DNA of 63,690 nt, counting the filler, from Chiloscyllium plagiosum (lineage: Eukaryota): NCBI RefSeq assembly GCF_004010195.1. It is 4 parts of one record of this genome, joined end to end, with 100 filler letters (N's around TTAATTAATTAA, not from the genome) between each part and the next. Parts side by side here need not be neighbours in the genome. Positions count along the whole stretch, not along the records: positions 32,561 to 61,835 come from NC_057711.1; positions 61,936 to 63,690 come from NC_057711.1; 2 more parts are not named here. The stretch is one strand, 5' to 3'. Positions 52,001 to 63,690 of the stretch are shown here, in pieces. A model generated the notes under the pieces. It was not told where the DNA came from. It did no database searches and was given only the letters and a program-made list of their open reading frames with translations. The position numbers and the translations under genes were made by a program. Numbering within the stretch: the first letter of the stretch is position 1; the number at the start of each line of letters is the position of its first letter.

Positions 52001-52477
52001 AATGTTTGCCATTCCTAACCTCTTAAAGTACTTCATAGATGAGATCGGCCATGATTCTATTAAAAATCGGAGCAGGTTCGAGGAGCCGAATTCCAGACTC
52101 ATGCTCCTATTTCTTGCGTTCATTTGTTCTTTATAGCTCAGAGGGAAACATGTTAACGAATGGTCCTGGCAGACAATGAAGATCCAGACACAGAAATCCC
52201 ATTTCTCGGCTATAAGCCCATCGTCCTGAAGGTTTCAGCAATGCATGGGATTATTGAAATACCACACAAGTAATATGAATGCTTATGATTCAAACATTCA
52301 TCCTAGTAATGAGAATGTGTGAGACTTTACGTTCTTCTGGGTGAATGGTAGCCGACTGTAAAATGAACCTGTGCAGGAACTGCAAAGAGGAGGGTATCAG
52401 AGTAAGGAGCACAAGCAGTCCAAGAGCTGCAAATGTTGTTAGCAAGAGGGCCACCTGCACAAGAACGGATGGGGGCA

Positions 52478-52522
<45 letters not shown>

Positions 52523-52524
52523 GT

Positions 52525-54135
52525 TGGTGATAGAAGTGTTCAAAATTAATAAGGAAGAAGTCTTGTACAGATTGTTGCCACTTAAAGTTGATAATATATT
52601 GGGACCCGATAAGGTACGCCCAAAGATTTTGAAGGAACAGATGGTAAAAATTGTGGAGGCACTGACCATAATCTTTCATTTTGCTTGGACTCAGGACAGG
52701 TACTGGAAGACTGGAGAATTCCAAACGTTACAGCCTTGTTCAAGAAAGGCTGTAAGGATAATCCCAGCAAGGACAGAGCTATTAGTTTAACTATTCAAGA
52801 AATAACTGTTCAGTATTAGTATTCACATGGAAAAAGATGTGTTGATCAAGATGACATAGCATGGATTTCTAAAGGGGAAATCGTGTTTAACTAACTTCCT
52901 GGAATTCTTTGAAGAGGTAACAGAAAGGGTCAATGAGGATAACGCAAGTAATGTGGTATAGATGGATTTCTAGAGGGTGTTTGATATAATCGCATGACTT
53001 CCTTGTGAGGAAAGGAATAGGTCGTGGTATAAAAGGAGACAGTAGCAGTGAGGATACAAATTTGTCCAAGTGACAGGAAACAGAGAGTAAAGGTCATTGG
53101 ATATTATTCAGGCTGGAGGAGGATTTAGTGCAGAATTCCCCAGGAGTTTGTATTGGGACCCTTGTTTTTCCTAAAATACATTCATGATCTGGATCTTCAT
53201 ATGCAGGGAACAATTTCAAACTTGCAGATGATGCAAAATTAGGAGAATTGTTATCATGTGGGGAGACTAGAATTATAAAAGGACACTGACAAGTTGGTGG
53301 AGTGGATGGACAGGTGGCAGATGAGGTTCAATGTAGTGCAGTGCGAGGAGATGCACTTAGTTTGGAAGAACATTGAAAGACTATAAAACAGGGGGTTACA
53401 ATGCTAAAGGGAATGCAAGAGCAGAGGGAGCTGGTTGTATATGTACTCAGGTCTTTGAAGGTGCTAAGACAGATGGAGAGAGCAGTTGATAAAGCATATA
53501 GTGTCCTCAGTTTTATTAATAGGGACAGCAAGAAGGTGATGTTGAATTTGTACAAGCCAGTTGTTAGATTGCAGCTGGAATATTGTGTACAGTTGTGGGC
53601 ACCACAGTGTACTGCAGAAGATGTAAATGCATCAGAGAGAGTGCAGAAGCGATTTAGAAAAATGGTTCCAGGTTTGAAAAACATCACTGATGAGAATAGA
53701 TTGAAGAAACTGGGATTGTTCTCTCTGAAAAGAAGGATGCCAAGAGGGGATCTGATAGAGGTTTTCAAAATCATGAGGGGGCTGAATAGAATAGATAGAG
53801 AGAAGCTATTCATACTTGTAAAAGTAAAAAAGAAAGGGCATGGATTTAAAGTATGTCCAAAAGAAGCAAGAATAATTTGAGGGGAGAAAAGGCAAGGATG
53901 GTGTGAGAAAAAGCTTTTCCACACTGCGAATGATTAGGGTCTGGAATGTGCTGCCTGGAAATGTGGCGGAGGCTGGTTCAGTTAAGGTATCCAAGAACGC
54001 ATTGAATGATAATTTGGATAGAGATGGTGCGCAAGGTTATGGTGAAAGGACAGGAGATTGATACAAGGGAATAGAACTGGTGCAGATATGCTGGTTAGAA
54101 TGGCCTCCTTTTGTCTCATAACAATTCTGTGATTC
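52525..54135 (+). mobile_element. Decayed CR1 ORF2 RT and 3' end
   Basis: GPDKVRPKILKE, SCLTNFLEFFEE, LEYCVQLW and LGLFSLKRR.RGDLIEVFK. Confidence 0.85.
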
Positions 54136-54464
54136 AGAATACGACAGAGCAAAATTGGTGTTTACACTAACCCCAAGGCCGTACCTGCCTTGATGGTGTC
54201 TGATAATAATGAAACTTAGAAAATAATAATTCAGTTAGGTACTGTCAACATGGTTTTGTGAAAGGGAAATGGTACTGCACAAATCTTTGAGGAATTAACA
54301 AGCATTGTGGATAATGAGGCACGGAAGTTTCCACAAAGTGTCACAGGAGAAGCTTGAAAACAGAATTAAGAGCCTGTTGTGGAGGTGGTAACATGTTAGC
54401 TAGTTGGAAGATTGACTAGTTAACAGGAAACAGAGTAGGCATGAATGGGTCCTTTTTTGAGTTA

Positions 54465-57400
54465 TAGAGTCATATTGCATAGAAACAGACCCTTTAGTCA
54501 ACTGATTCATTCTGACATGTCCCACTTTCCTGTGTTTGACCTATATCGTTCCCAACCATTCCTATTCATATACTTATCCAAATGCCTTTTACATGATGTA
54601 ACTGTACCTGCATTCACCACTTCCTCTGGCAGATCATTCCCAGATAAATCACTCTTTGTGTAAAAAATAAATTGCCCCTCGTGTCCTTTTTAAATCTTTT
54701 TCCTTGCACCGTAAAATTATGCCCCTGTTTTTGAGCTCCTCCACCCTACAGAAAAGGTGCATGCCCCTCGTGATTTTGTAAACCCCCTATAAGGTCGCAC
54801 CTCAGTCTCCTGTGCTCCAGTGAAAAAAGTCCTAGCCTATCCAGCCTATGTATATAACTCAAACCTTACATTCCAGCCAACATCCAGATAAATATTTTCT
54901 GAACCCTCCCCAGTTTAATAATATCCTTCCTATAGCAGGCAACCAAAACTGTACACAGTATTCCAGAAGAGGTCTCACCAACGTCCTGAACAACCTCAAC
55001 ATAAGAGATTGCTGCGCCTTTGGCAATAATCTTTTTGTGCTCACAGTCCACTGGAGTAGTGCCAGATGAATGGAGGGTGGCAAATGTTATTCCCTTGTTC
55101 AAGAAAGGGAATATGGATAATCCTTGGAATTACAGACCAGTAAATCTTACGTCTGTGGTGGGCAAAGTATTGGAGAGGATTCTGAGAGACAGGATTTAAA
55201 ATTACTTCGAAAACCATAGATTGATTAGAGATAGTCAGTCAGCCTGGCTTTGTGAGGGGCAGGTCATGCCTCACAAACCTTACTGAATATTTGAACTGAA
55301 TTATTGAACTTTACTGAACAACCTCCTATACTGAAAGATCTGAGCAATGAAGGCAGGCATGTTAAATGACACCTTAACCACCCTGTCTACATGTCTCACA
55401 AACTTCAAAGAATTATGTACCTGAATCTATCTGTTCTACAACACTGCCCAGGGCCCTGCCATTAATTGGATTAATCTTGCCCTTGCTTGCTTGCTTGTTT
55501 GTTACCTCACATTTATCCAAATTAAATGCCATCTGCTACTCTGTTGACCCAATTGATTAAGATGTCTTTGTCTTCTTAGATAACCTTCTTCACTGTCCAC
55601 TATACCACCAGTTTTGCAAGATGTAACCAGTAGAGTGCACAGTGCTTAGTGCTGGATCATCCCAACCAAGCTATTTTGATGATTCAGGTGAATGGACCAA
55701 AAGCACAACAGCTAAATTTGCTGACAATGCAAAGAAAAATTGAAGAGTAAGTTGTGAAGAGGACAGAAGAAATCTGCAAAGAAGTAGAGATAGATTCAGT
55801 GAGTGGGGAAAATTGGGCAAATGGAAAATTAAGTGCAAAAATGTGAAATTTTCCTCTTTAGCAGGAAGAAAAGAAAAACAGTTTACCTTTTAAATGGAGG
55901 CAGGTTGTAGAACTACACATTACAGATGGATCTGGGTGTGCTGGATATGAATCACAAGGTGAACATAGAACAGTACAGCGCAGCACAGGCCCTTCAGCCT
56001 TCAATGTTGTGCCAGCCTTTTCTAAGGTCAGACTACTCTAAGATCAGACAACCTGCATACCCTTCATTGTAATATCTTCTATGTGCTTATCTAAGAGTTG
56101 CTTAAAAGTCTCTAATGTATCTGACTGTACTACCACTGCTGGCAGTGCATTCCACTCACCCAGCAGTCTCTGCATATTAACCTACCTCTGACGTCTTCCC
56201 AAACCTTCCTCTAATTACCTTAAAATTATGCCCCCTTGTGATAGACGTTTCCGCCCTGGGAAAAAGTCTCTGGCTACCCACTCTATCTATGCCTCTCAAC
56301 ATCTTATACACATTTATTCCTGATGAAGGGCTTTTGCCTGAAACGTCGATTTTACTGCTCCTCGGATGCTGCCTGAACTGCTGTGCTCTTCCAGCACCAC
56401 TAATCCAGAATCTTGTACACCTCTATCAAGTCATGTCTCATCCTTCTTCACTCCAGTGTGAAAAACCCTAGCTTTGTCAACCTTTCTTCATAGACATGCC
56501 CTCCAGTCCAGGCAGCATCCTGGTAAATTCCTCTGCATCCTCTCTAAAGCGTCCACATCTTTCCTATAATGAGGTGATCAGAACTGAACACAATATTCCA
56601 ACTGTGGTCGAACCAGGGCTCTGTAGAGCTGCAGCATAACCTTACAGCTCTTAAACTCATTCCCCTGTTAATGAAAGCCAACACACAATATGCCTTCTTA
56701 GCAAGCCTATCAACTTGGTGGCAACTTTGAGGGATCTAAGGACATGGACCCCAAGATCCCTTTGTTGCTCCACACTGCCAAGAATCCTGCCTTTAACCCT
56801 GTATTCTGCATTCAAATTCACCTTCCAAAATTAATCACTTCACGCTTTTCCAGGTTGAACTCCATCTGCCACTTCTCAGCCCAGCCTTGCATCCTGTCAG
56901 TGTCCTGTTGCAACCTACAACAGTCCTCCACACTATCCACAACTCCACCAACCCTCATGTCATCAGCAAACTTACAAATCCACCCTTCCATTTCTGCATC
57001 CAAGTAATTTATAAAAATCACAAAGAGCAGGGGTCCCAGAACCGATCCCTGCGGAACACCACTGGTCACCGAGCTCCAGGCTGAATACTTGCCATCTACC
57101 ACGACCCTCTGTCTTCTATGGGCAAGCCAATTCTGTGTCTAGACAGTCAGGTTTCCCTTTATCACATGCCTGCTTAGGTTTTGAATGAGCCTACCATGGG
57201 GAACCTTATCAAACACCTTGATAAAATCCATATACACCATACCCTCTTCTTAATCTTCATCAATGTGTTTTGTCACATCCTCAAATAATTCAGTAAGGTT
57301 TGTGAGGCATGACCTGCGCCTCATAAAGCCATGCTGACTATCTCTAATCAATCTATGGTTTTCCAAGTAATTTTAAATCCTGTCTCTCAGAATCCTGCTC

Positions 57401-57960
57401 CAATACTTTGCCCACCACAGACGTAAGACTTACTGGTCTGTAATTCCAAGGATTATCCCTATTCCCTTTCTTGAACAAGGGAATAACATTTGCCACCCTC
57501 CATTCATCTGGCACTACTCCAGTGGACTGTGAGCACAAAAAGATCATCGCCAAAGGTGCAGCAATCTCTTCCTTCATTTCCTGTCGTACCCTAGGGTATA
57601 TCCCATATGGCCCAGGGGATTTGTCTACCCTTTTGCTTTTCAAAATTTTCAGCACATCCTCCTTCCTAACATCAAACTGTTCTAGCATATTAGTCTGTTT
57701 CACGCTGTCCTCAGAAATGTCAAGGTCCCTCTCCGTAGTGAATACTGAGGTAAAGTATTCATTAAAGACCTCCCCTCCTTCGTCTGACTCCAGGCGCAAT
57801 TTCCCTCCACTATCCTTCATTGGCCGTACCCTCACTCTGGCCATCCTCTTGTTCCTCACATAAGTGTAGAACACTTTGGGGTTTTCCTTAATCCTATCAG
57901 CTAAAGCTTTTTCATTCCCCCTTTTTTCTCTCCTAAATCCATTCCTCAGTTCCTTCCCGA
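54465..57960 (-). mobile_element. Minus-strand CR1 copies (54465-55610; 55960-57960) with nested inserts
   Basis: ORFs 56818..57102 (GVPQGSVLGPLLFVIFINYLD, KFADD) and 57353..57874 (DKSPGPYGIYPR, NYRPVSLTS). Confidence 0.88.
56312..56409 (+). mobile_element. Penelope-derived short insert with hammerhead motif
   Basis: CTGATGA-AGGGC-TTTT-GCCT-GAAACGTC at 56320-56347. 10/11 TSD ATCTT(A/G)TACAC at 56301-56311 and 56410-56420. Confidence 0.72.
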
Positions 57961-58621
57961 TTACCTTATAAGATACCCAGACACAGAATTAGGAAGGCAA
58001 CTAAATGTTGTAATTTGCAGTTTGAGATGTTTGCAGCTGAGACCACATCTGGAATATTGTGGGCGGCATTATTTTCCATGTAATTAATTTATTTCTACAT
58101 GGTATTTGGGCATCATTGATTTGGTCAGCAATTATTGCCCATCCCTCATTGCCCTAGAAAAGGTGCCTTCTTGAAATGAGCTGCCTTCTTAGTCTTCTCT
58201 GAAATACTGCAGCCCATTTAGTGTTGGGACACCCACAGTGGTGTTAGGGAGGAAATTCCAGGATTTTGACTCAGCGACAGTGAAGGAACAGTGATATATT
58301 TCCAGCTCCGGAAAGTAAGTGGCTTGGAGCCTTGTCCTTCTAGATGGCTTGATTTAATTTGATTTATTGTAGTCACGTGTACCTAAGTACAGTGAAAAGC
58401 TTTGTTTGTGAACAGTATAGGCAGATCATAGTATGCAAGGACATACAGATTATAGGGTGCTTCGACAGAGTGAGACATGAAGTGCACAAACCAGGCAGCA
58501 TCAGAAGGTGGAGAAGTCGACATTTTGGGTGTAACCGCAAAGCAGGATCCACATTAACAAGATTAACATTATTTAAAGTTAGGGAGTTCATTCATCATGA
58601 TAAATCTTGAATTCATCTTCA

Positions 58622-58930
58622 GGATAGCATGGTGGCTCAGTGGTTAGCACTGCTGCTTCACAGTGCCAGGGACCTGCGTTCAATTCTAGCCTCGGTGACT
58701 GACTGTGCAGAGTTTGCACATTCTCCCCATGTCTGTGTGGGTTTCTACCAAGTTCTCTGGTTTCCGGCCACAGTACAAAGATGTGTGGGTTGGTTGGATT
58801 GGCCATGTTAAATTTCCCATAGTGTCCGGGGATGTGCAGGTTAGGTGGATTAGCCATAGGAAATGCAGGGAGAGGATAGTGGGATGCGATGCTCTTTGGA
58901 AAGGCAGTGTGGACTTGATGTGCTGAATGG
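58622..58930 (+). mobile_element. HE1-type SINE
   Basis: GCATGGTGGCTCAGTGGTTAGCACTGCTG head and TTTGCACATTCTCCCC core. Confidence 0.8.
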
Positions 58931-59424
58931 TCGAGGTTGTAGATTTGGTTGGTGTTCGAAAGAGGCTAGGCTGTGCAGAATTCTCTCCAGCTTTAAATTT
59001 CTAATTTCACTTGTGTAGCTGTTGATTGTCTCAAGTAGCTCTGGTGTGTCTTAACTATCATTAATATGTTAATTAAACCAGGAACATTTTCTCATGGTGT
59101 GAACAGTACCCATCTGTGGTTTACTGAACATGTAAGTGAGATCATCAGGGTGAACATCAGCTTCAATATGTAATTCCAACAGTTCAAAACCTGTGAAAGA
59201 GAGAAAAAGACTGAGAGTGAGAGAAAATGGTATGAGATAGAAAACAGAGAGAAAGAGTTACAGAAGAGGGGGAGGTTGAAATCGAGGAAAGGAAATGTTA
59301 CAGAAATTGATAGAGAGAGAGAAAGATGGAGAAGGAGTGTGAAATAAGATTTGGGGAGAGGGAGTGAAAGGATGGATGCCAAGAGGATGCTTTCTCATGT
59401 GGGGGCATCTAGAATGAGAGAGGT

Positions 59425-60090
59425 GAATTAAATTGAATTGAATTTATTGTCACGTGTACCGAGGCACAGTGAAAAGCTTTGTTCTGTGAGCAATACAGGC
59501 AGAGTTAAATAACATAGATAGGTTCATAATAGGTAAACAGAGGCAAAAACAAAAACACAAGTACAAGTGAATGCTAAGAGTTTGAGAGTCCATTCAGTAT
59601 TCTACCAACAGTAGGGTAGAAACTGTTTCGAAACTGGCTAGTGCGTGCTCAGGCTTCTGTACCTTCTCCCTGATGGTAGAGGTTGTAAAAAAACATTGCC
59701 AGGGTGGGATGGATCTTTGAGATTGCTGGTGGCCTTTCCTCGATGGCGGGCCTGGTAGATGGATTCTACAGACAGGAGGTTGGCCTTTGTGATTGTCCAC
59801 ACCAAGTTCACCACTCTGTAACCGTCTCTGATCTACCAGTTGCCATACCAGGTAGTGATACATCCAAACAGAATGCTCTGGATTGCGCACCTATAAAAGT
59901 TGACAAGGGTATTTGGCACCATGCCAACTTTTCTCAGTTGTCCGAGGAAGAAGAGACGTTGTTGGGCCTTTGTAACCAGTGCGTCCACATGAAGAGTCCA
60001 AAAAAGCTTATGGATGACCACTCCCAGGAGCTTGTCACTCTCCACTTGTTCTGCCTCTGTGCTGTTAATGTGTAGGGGGGGCATGAGCAG
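59425..60090 (-). mobile_element. Rex1/Babar LINE 3' fragment
   Basis: Minus-strand KAQQRLFFLGQLRK...NFYRCAIQSIL.GCITTWYGN; (AATTC)n tail. Confidence 0.85.
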
Positions 60091-60689
60091 CATTCAGGGA
60101 TCTCGTTTTCCTGATAGAGATGAGGAGGAATTTCTTTTGTCAAAGGGTAGTGACTCACTGAGTCATACAGTACAGAGAAGGCCTTTTGGCCCATTGAATC
60201 TGTACTGACAAAAGGAAATTTTTAAAATTCTGAGCCCCAAAGGCTGAGGCATTGAATATATTCACAGTTAAGTTTGGATATCTTGTATATCAAAAATCAA
60301 ACATTATGGGGACAGACAGGAAAAAAAGAGTCAAGACCGCAACCAGATTAGCTATGATTTTATTGATTGGCAGAACAGACTCGAGGGGCTGAATAGCCTC
60401 CACCTGCTTCTATTTCTTTTTGAGGTACAGAAGACAAATTGAGTGAGAGATGGGGAGAGAGGGAGACAAACTACTGTGGGCACAGGTCAATCGAATTATC
60501 ATGTCCCAGTGGGCATGAGCCAAGTGCACGTGCAGTAATCTCCTGGGCAAATCAATAGCTTGGGTATTTCCAGGAAGAACCGACACATTCAGACTAAACA
60601 CTCCAGAATGCTCAAAACCAGATGCTCTTATCCAAGAATTGCAATGCGAAACCAGAGACAATCATGGCATGTGATTGCTCTTTTTTGTT

Positions 60690-61023
60690 GAATCCTTACA
60701 GTGCAGAAGCAGGCTATTCGGCCCATTGACTCCATACCAACCTTCTGAAGAGCATCTCACACAGACCCATGCCCCTACCCTATCCATGCATTTTCCTATG
60801 GCTAATCCACCTGGCCTGCACATTCCTAGACACCATGGACAATTTCCCGTGGCCAATCCACCTAACCTGCACTTTGGACTGTGGGAGGAAACTGGGACAC
60901 CCAGAGGAAACCCATGCAGACACGGGGAGAATGTGCAAACTCCTCACAGACCATCACCCAAGGGTGGAATTGAACTCAGGTCCCTAGTGCTGTGAGACAG
61001 CAGTACTAACCACTGTGCCATCC
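60690..61023 (-). mobile_element. HE1-type SINE
   Basis: Reverse-complement SINE core (GACACGGGGAGAATGTGCAAAC) and head. Confidence 0.8.
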
Positions 61024-61424
61024 CATTGGTGCTGTCTGCAAATGCACACAAGTGCCAGGCAATTACCATTTCCAACTAGTAGGAATCTAACCATCTCCCA
61101 TTGAGATTCAATGTCATTACCATCACTGAATCCTGCAGTATCAACATCCTGGGGGTTACCATGTGGGTTTAGAACCAGGGGTCATAGTCTCAGCAGACAA
61201 GGGTAGGCCATTTAGGACTGAGATGAGTAAACATATCTTCACTCAAAGAGTCATGACCCAGTGGAATTCTCTATGACAGAAGGGTGTGGAGGCCAAGTCA
61301 CTGAATATATATAGGCAATGTTGGCAGAAGGTTGGCAAATGGAGCATGATATGGGAAAATGTGAAGTTCATTTTGGAAGAGAGAACGGTATTAGTTAAAT
61401 GAAGAAAAACTACAGAAAGCTACA

Positions 61425-61835
61425 ACACAGCAGAGAGCGGCGCGAGCTGGGCGGAAGTGAAGTTGGAGCGCAGAGCTAGTCGGGAAGGTAAGTGATTGAT
61501 ATTTAAGAACTTACCTCGACGCCAACGGTCTTTTCACAGCAGAGAGTGGCACGAGCTGGGCGGAAGTGAAGTTGGAGCGCAGAGCTAGTCGGGAAGGTAA
61601 GTGATTGATATTTGAGTGGGTGTGTTCTACGGTGCCATGTGACAGTGAGGCAAGGAATAGGGAAAGAGTGCAGTTGAACACTTGACTGCAAGGATGGTGT
61701 AGGAGGGAGGGCTTCAGGTATTTGGACAATTGGACTGCATTCTGGGGAAGGTAGGACCTGTACAAGCAGGACGGGTTGCACCTGAACCAGAAGGGCACCA
61801 ATATCCTGGGGGGTAGGTTTGCTAGCACTCTTCGG
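61425..61835 (+). mobile_element. CR1 5'-UTR-like duplicated unit joined to the end of an esterase-type ORF1
   Basis: ~75-bp unit repeated with a 109-bp period; then GWCRREGFRYLDNW..DGLHLNQKGTNILGGRFA. Confidence 0.65.
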
Positions 61836-61935
61836 NNNNNNNNNNNNNNNNNNNNNNNNNNNNNNNNNNNNNNNNNNNNTTAATTAATTAANNNNNNNNN
61901 NNNNNNNNNNNNNNNNNNNNNNNNNNNNNNNNNNN
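61836..61935. other. Assembly gap with artificial stop linker
   Basis: 44 N + TTAATTAATTAA + 44 N. Confidence 0.95.
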
Positions 61936-63630
61936 CTGACGGTCCTCTGCTTGTTTTTTCCAGAGGCCAAATTGGGTACCACGCACACTATGACCTAGCC
62001 GAAGGATAATGGCAAAGCAAGTTAACAATACGATTGACTGCATTTTGTTGCAACACTCGTGTCCGGCCGGAGGACACAGTCCTTTAAACTCGCCAAAGTC
62101 CAATTAGTCTGTTCTCAGGGTCTCTGTTCCTTAGATGCCTCTGTCAGAGAGGTTTGTTTGTCCTCCGTCGGTTGTGGCACTGGTCCCTTGACTCGAGTGT
62201 AATGTGTCCAGCCCTTTTCGGCCGTACGGACAGCCGTTTCGGTAGTCAAAAGTACCAGGAAGCGACCGTCCCAAGTTGGTTCGAGGGTACGTTGCTTCCA
62301 GCTTTTAATCAGGACCCACTGACCCGGCTTGACGGTGTGCACCACAAACTCGAGGGGCGGCATCTGTGCCAAAAGTCCCTGTTGGCGTAAACGAGATAGA
62401 GCAGACCCCAGAGCCACCACATATTTTTGCACAAACATATCCCGAGACTCGAATACAGGAGGTTCCCCCTTCGGCCCATGGAACGGGAGGCCAAACAGCA
62501 TTTAGAAAGGGGAGACGCCCAAATCCCGCCTTGGCTGGGTGCGAATTTGCAATAGGGCAAGGGGTAGGCATTTGGTCCAAGGCAAGCCAATTTCACTAAT
62601 GAGTTTATTTAGCTGCTTTTTGATGGTCTGGTTCATTCTTTTGACCTTGCCCGAGGAGGGGGGATGCCAGGGGGTGTGCAAATCCCAGTCAATCCCCATT
62701 GCTTGCACTACATTCTGGAGGACGGTCGAGGTGAAGTGGCTCCCCTGGTCAGAGTCAATAGCGCGGGGTAGCCCAAATCGTGGGATGATTTGTTCGAGTA
62801 GAATTTTGCTAACCTGAGTTGCCGTTGCCGTGGCAGTGGGGAAAGCTTCCACCCATCCTGTCAGGTGATCTACTATTACTAATAGATACTTCAGGCGACC
62901 TATGGGGGGGAGGTCAGTGTAATCTACCTGGACATACTCAAACGGCCTATAGGCCGGACTCCTACCCCCTTGTCTTGCATGCTGCCGCAGCCCCCTTTTG
63001 TTAATCTTTCGACATGTTATGCAATCTCCTGTGACCTGCTTGGCTACCGTGTACAGACCAGGGTGAGCATAACGGCGCAGGAAGGCATCACACAGTGCCT
63101 GGGCGCCCCAGTGACCCCCTTGGTGTAGACGGGCAATAATGTCCCGCGTCAACGGTCGATTTAGTTGCTGGCGGCCATTGGGTAAGGTCCACTTCCCTTC
63201 CCTATCCTTTCTACCCCCCAGAGACGCAAGAAGAGTTTCTTCTTTGTCAGTAAACATGGGCACTTCGGTAATTTCGGATATCTGGGGAATCCTTACCAGG
63301 CAGTTTCGGCAGTTTATCCCCATCCCGGCCAATTTTGCCTGTTCATCTGCCAATTGATTCCCAAGGGTCTCTATTTTATCATCTTTATCATCTTTCTTCA
63401 CATGCACTACAGCAATCTCTTGTGGCAGCAACAAATCCTCCAAGATCATGGCTACTAGTTCCTCGTGGACCAACTCCTTTCCTCTGCTATTTATCATTCC
63501 CCTTTCCTTCCAGATCTTCCCAAAGGTGTGTACTACCCCAAAGGCATACTTAGAGTCAGTGTAGATTGTCCCGGCTATTCCCTTTAAATTCCTCAAAGCC
63601 CGGTGCAAGGCGTACAATTCGCACGTTTGT
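61936..63630 (-). mobile_element. Endogenous retrovirus: pol RNase H and integrase, plus probable env N-terminus
   Basis: IYTDSKYAF (RNase H), HHCC zinc finger (H..GHWG..C..C), QVDYTD and DSDQGSHF (DDE), and the integrase tail PTWDGRFLVLLTTETAV. Downstream hydrophobic MQSIVLLTCFAIILRLG. Confidence 0.92.
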
Positions 63631-63690
63631 CCGATCCTCCCCTGACTTCCCTAATCCATTTGTTCACGCTCCATTTCATACATCCCTTCT

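Noticed and set aside
52480..52521. 42-nt G homopolymer and poly-Gly/poly-Pro ORFs
   Set aside because: Simple repeat or sequencing artefact at a CR1 boundary; no coding context.

Overview
Eukaryotic, repeat-dense DNA from a cartilaginous fish. HE1-type SINEs and CR1/HER1-type LINEs point to a shark (inference). The one recognisable host gene is PHF24 (KIAA1045/GINIP) on the + strand. Five consecutive 3' coding exons (32672-32750, 35554-35756, 38162-38328, 47336-47437, 48600-48696) splice in frame to 215 aa plus stop. The N-terminal and PHD-finger exons were not found. The rest comprises a ~12.5 kb 23-bp satellite interrupted by a Penelope-like element, a 29-bp minisatellite, many CR1, Rex1/Babar and L2 LINE fragments, HE1 SINEs, a Gmr1-type Gypsy relic, and an ERV pol/env fragment. 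There are also many short Penelope-derived inserts carrying minimal hammerhead-ribozyme motifs with target-site duplications. Three 100-bp gaps carry an artificial TTAATTAATTAA linker. Best leads: (i) an apparently canonical EF-hand loop in shark PHF24; (ii) the hammerhead-bearing mini-inserts, one in sense orientation in a PHF24 intron; (iii) an orphan Cys-rich exon-like ORF; (iv) the ERV. No wholly new multi-gene system is supported. Family assignments are from motif recognition and memory, not database searches.
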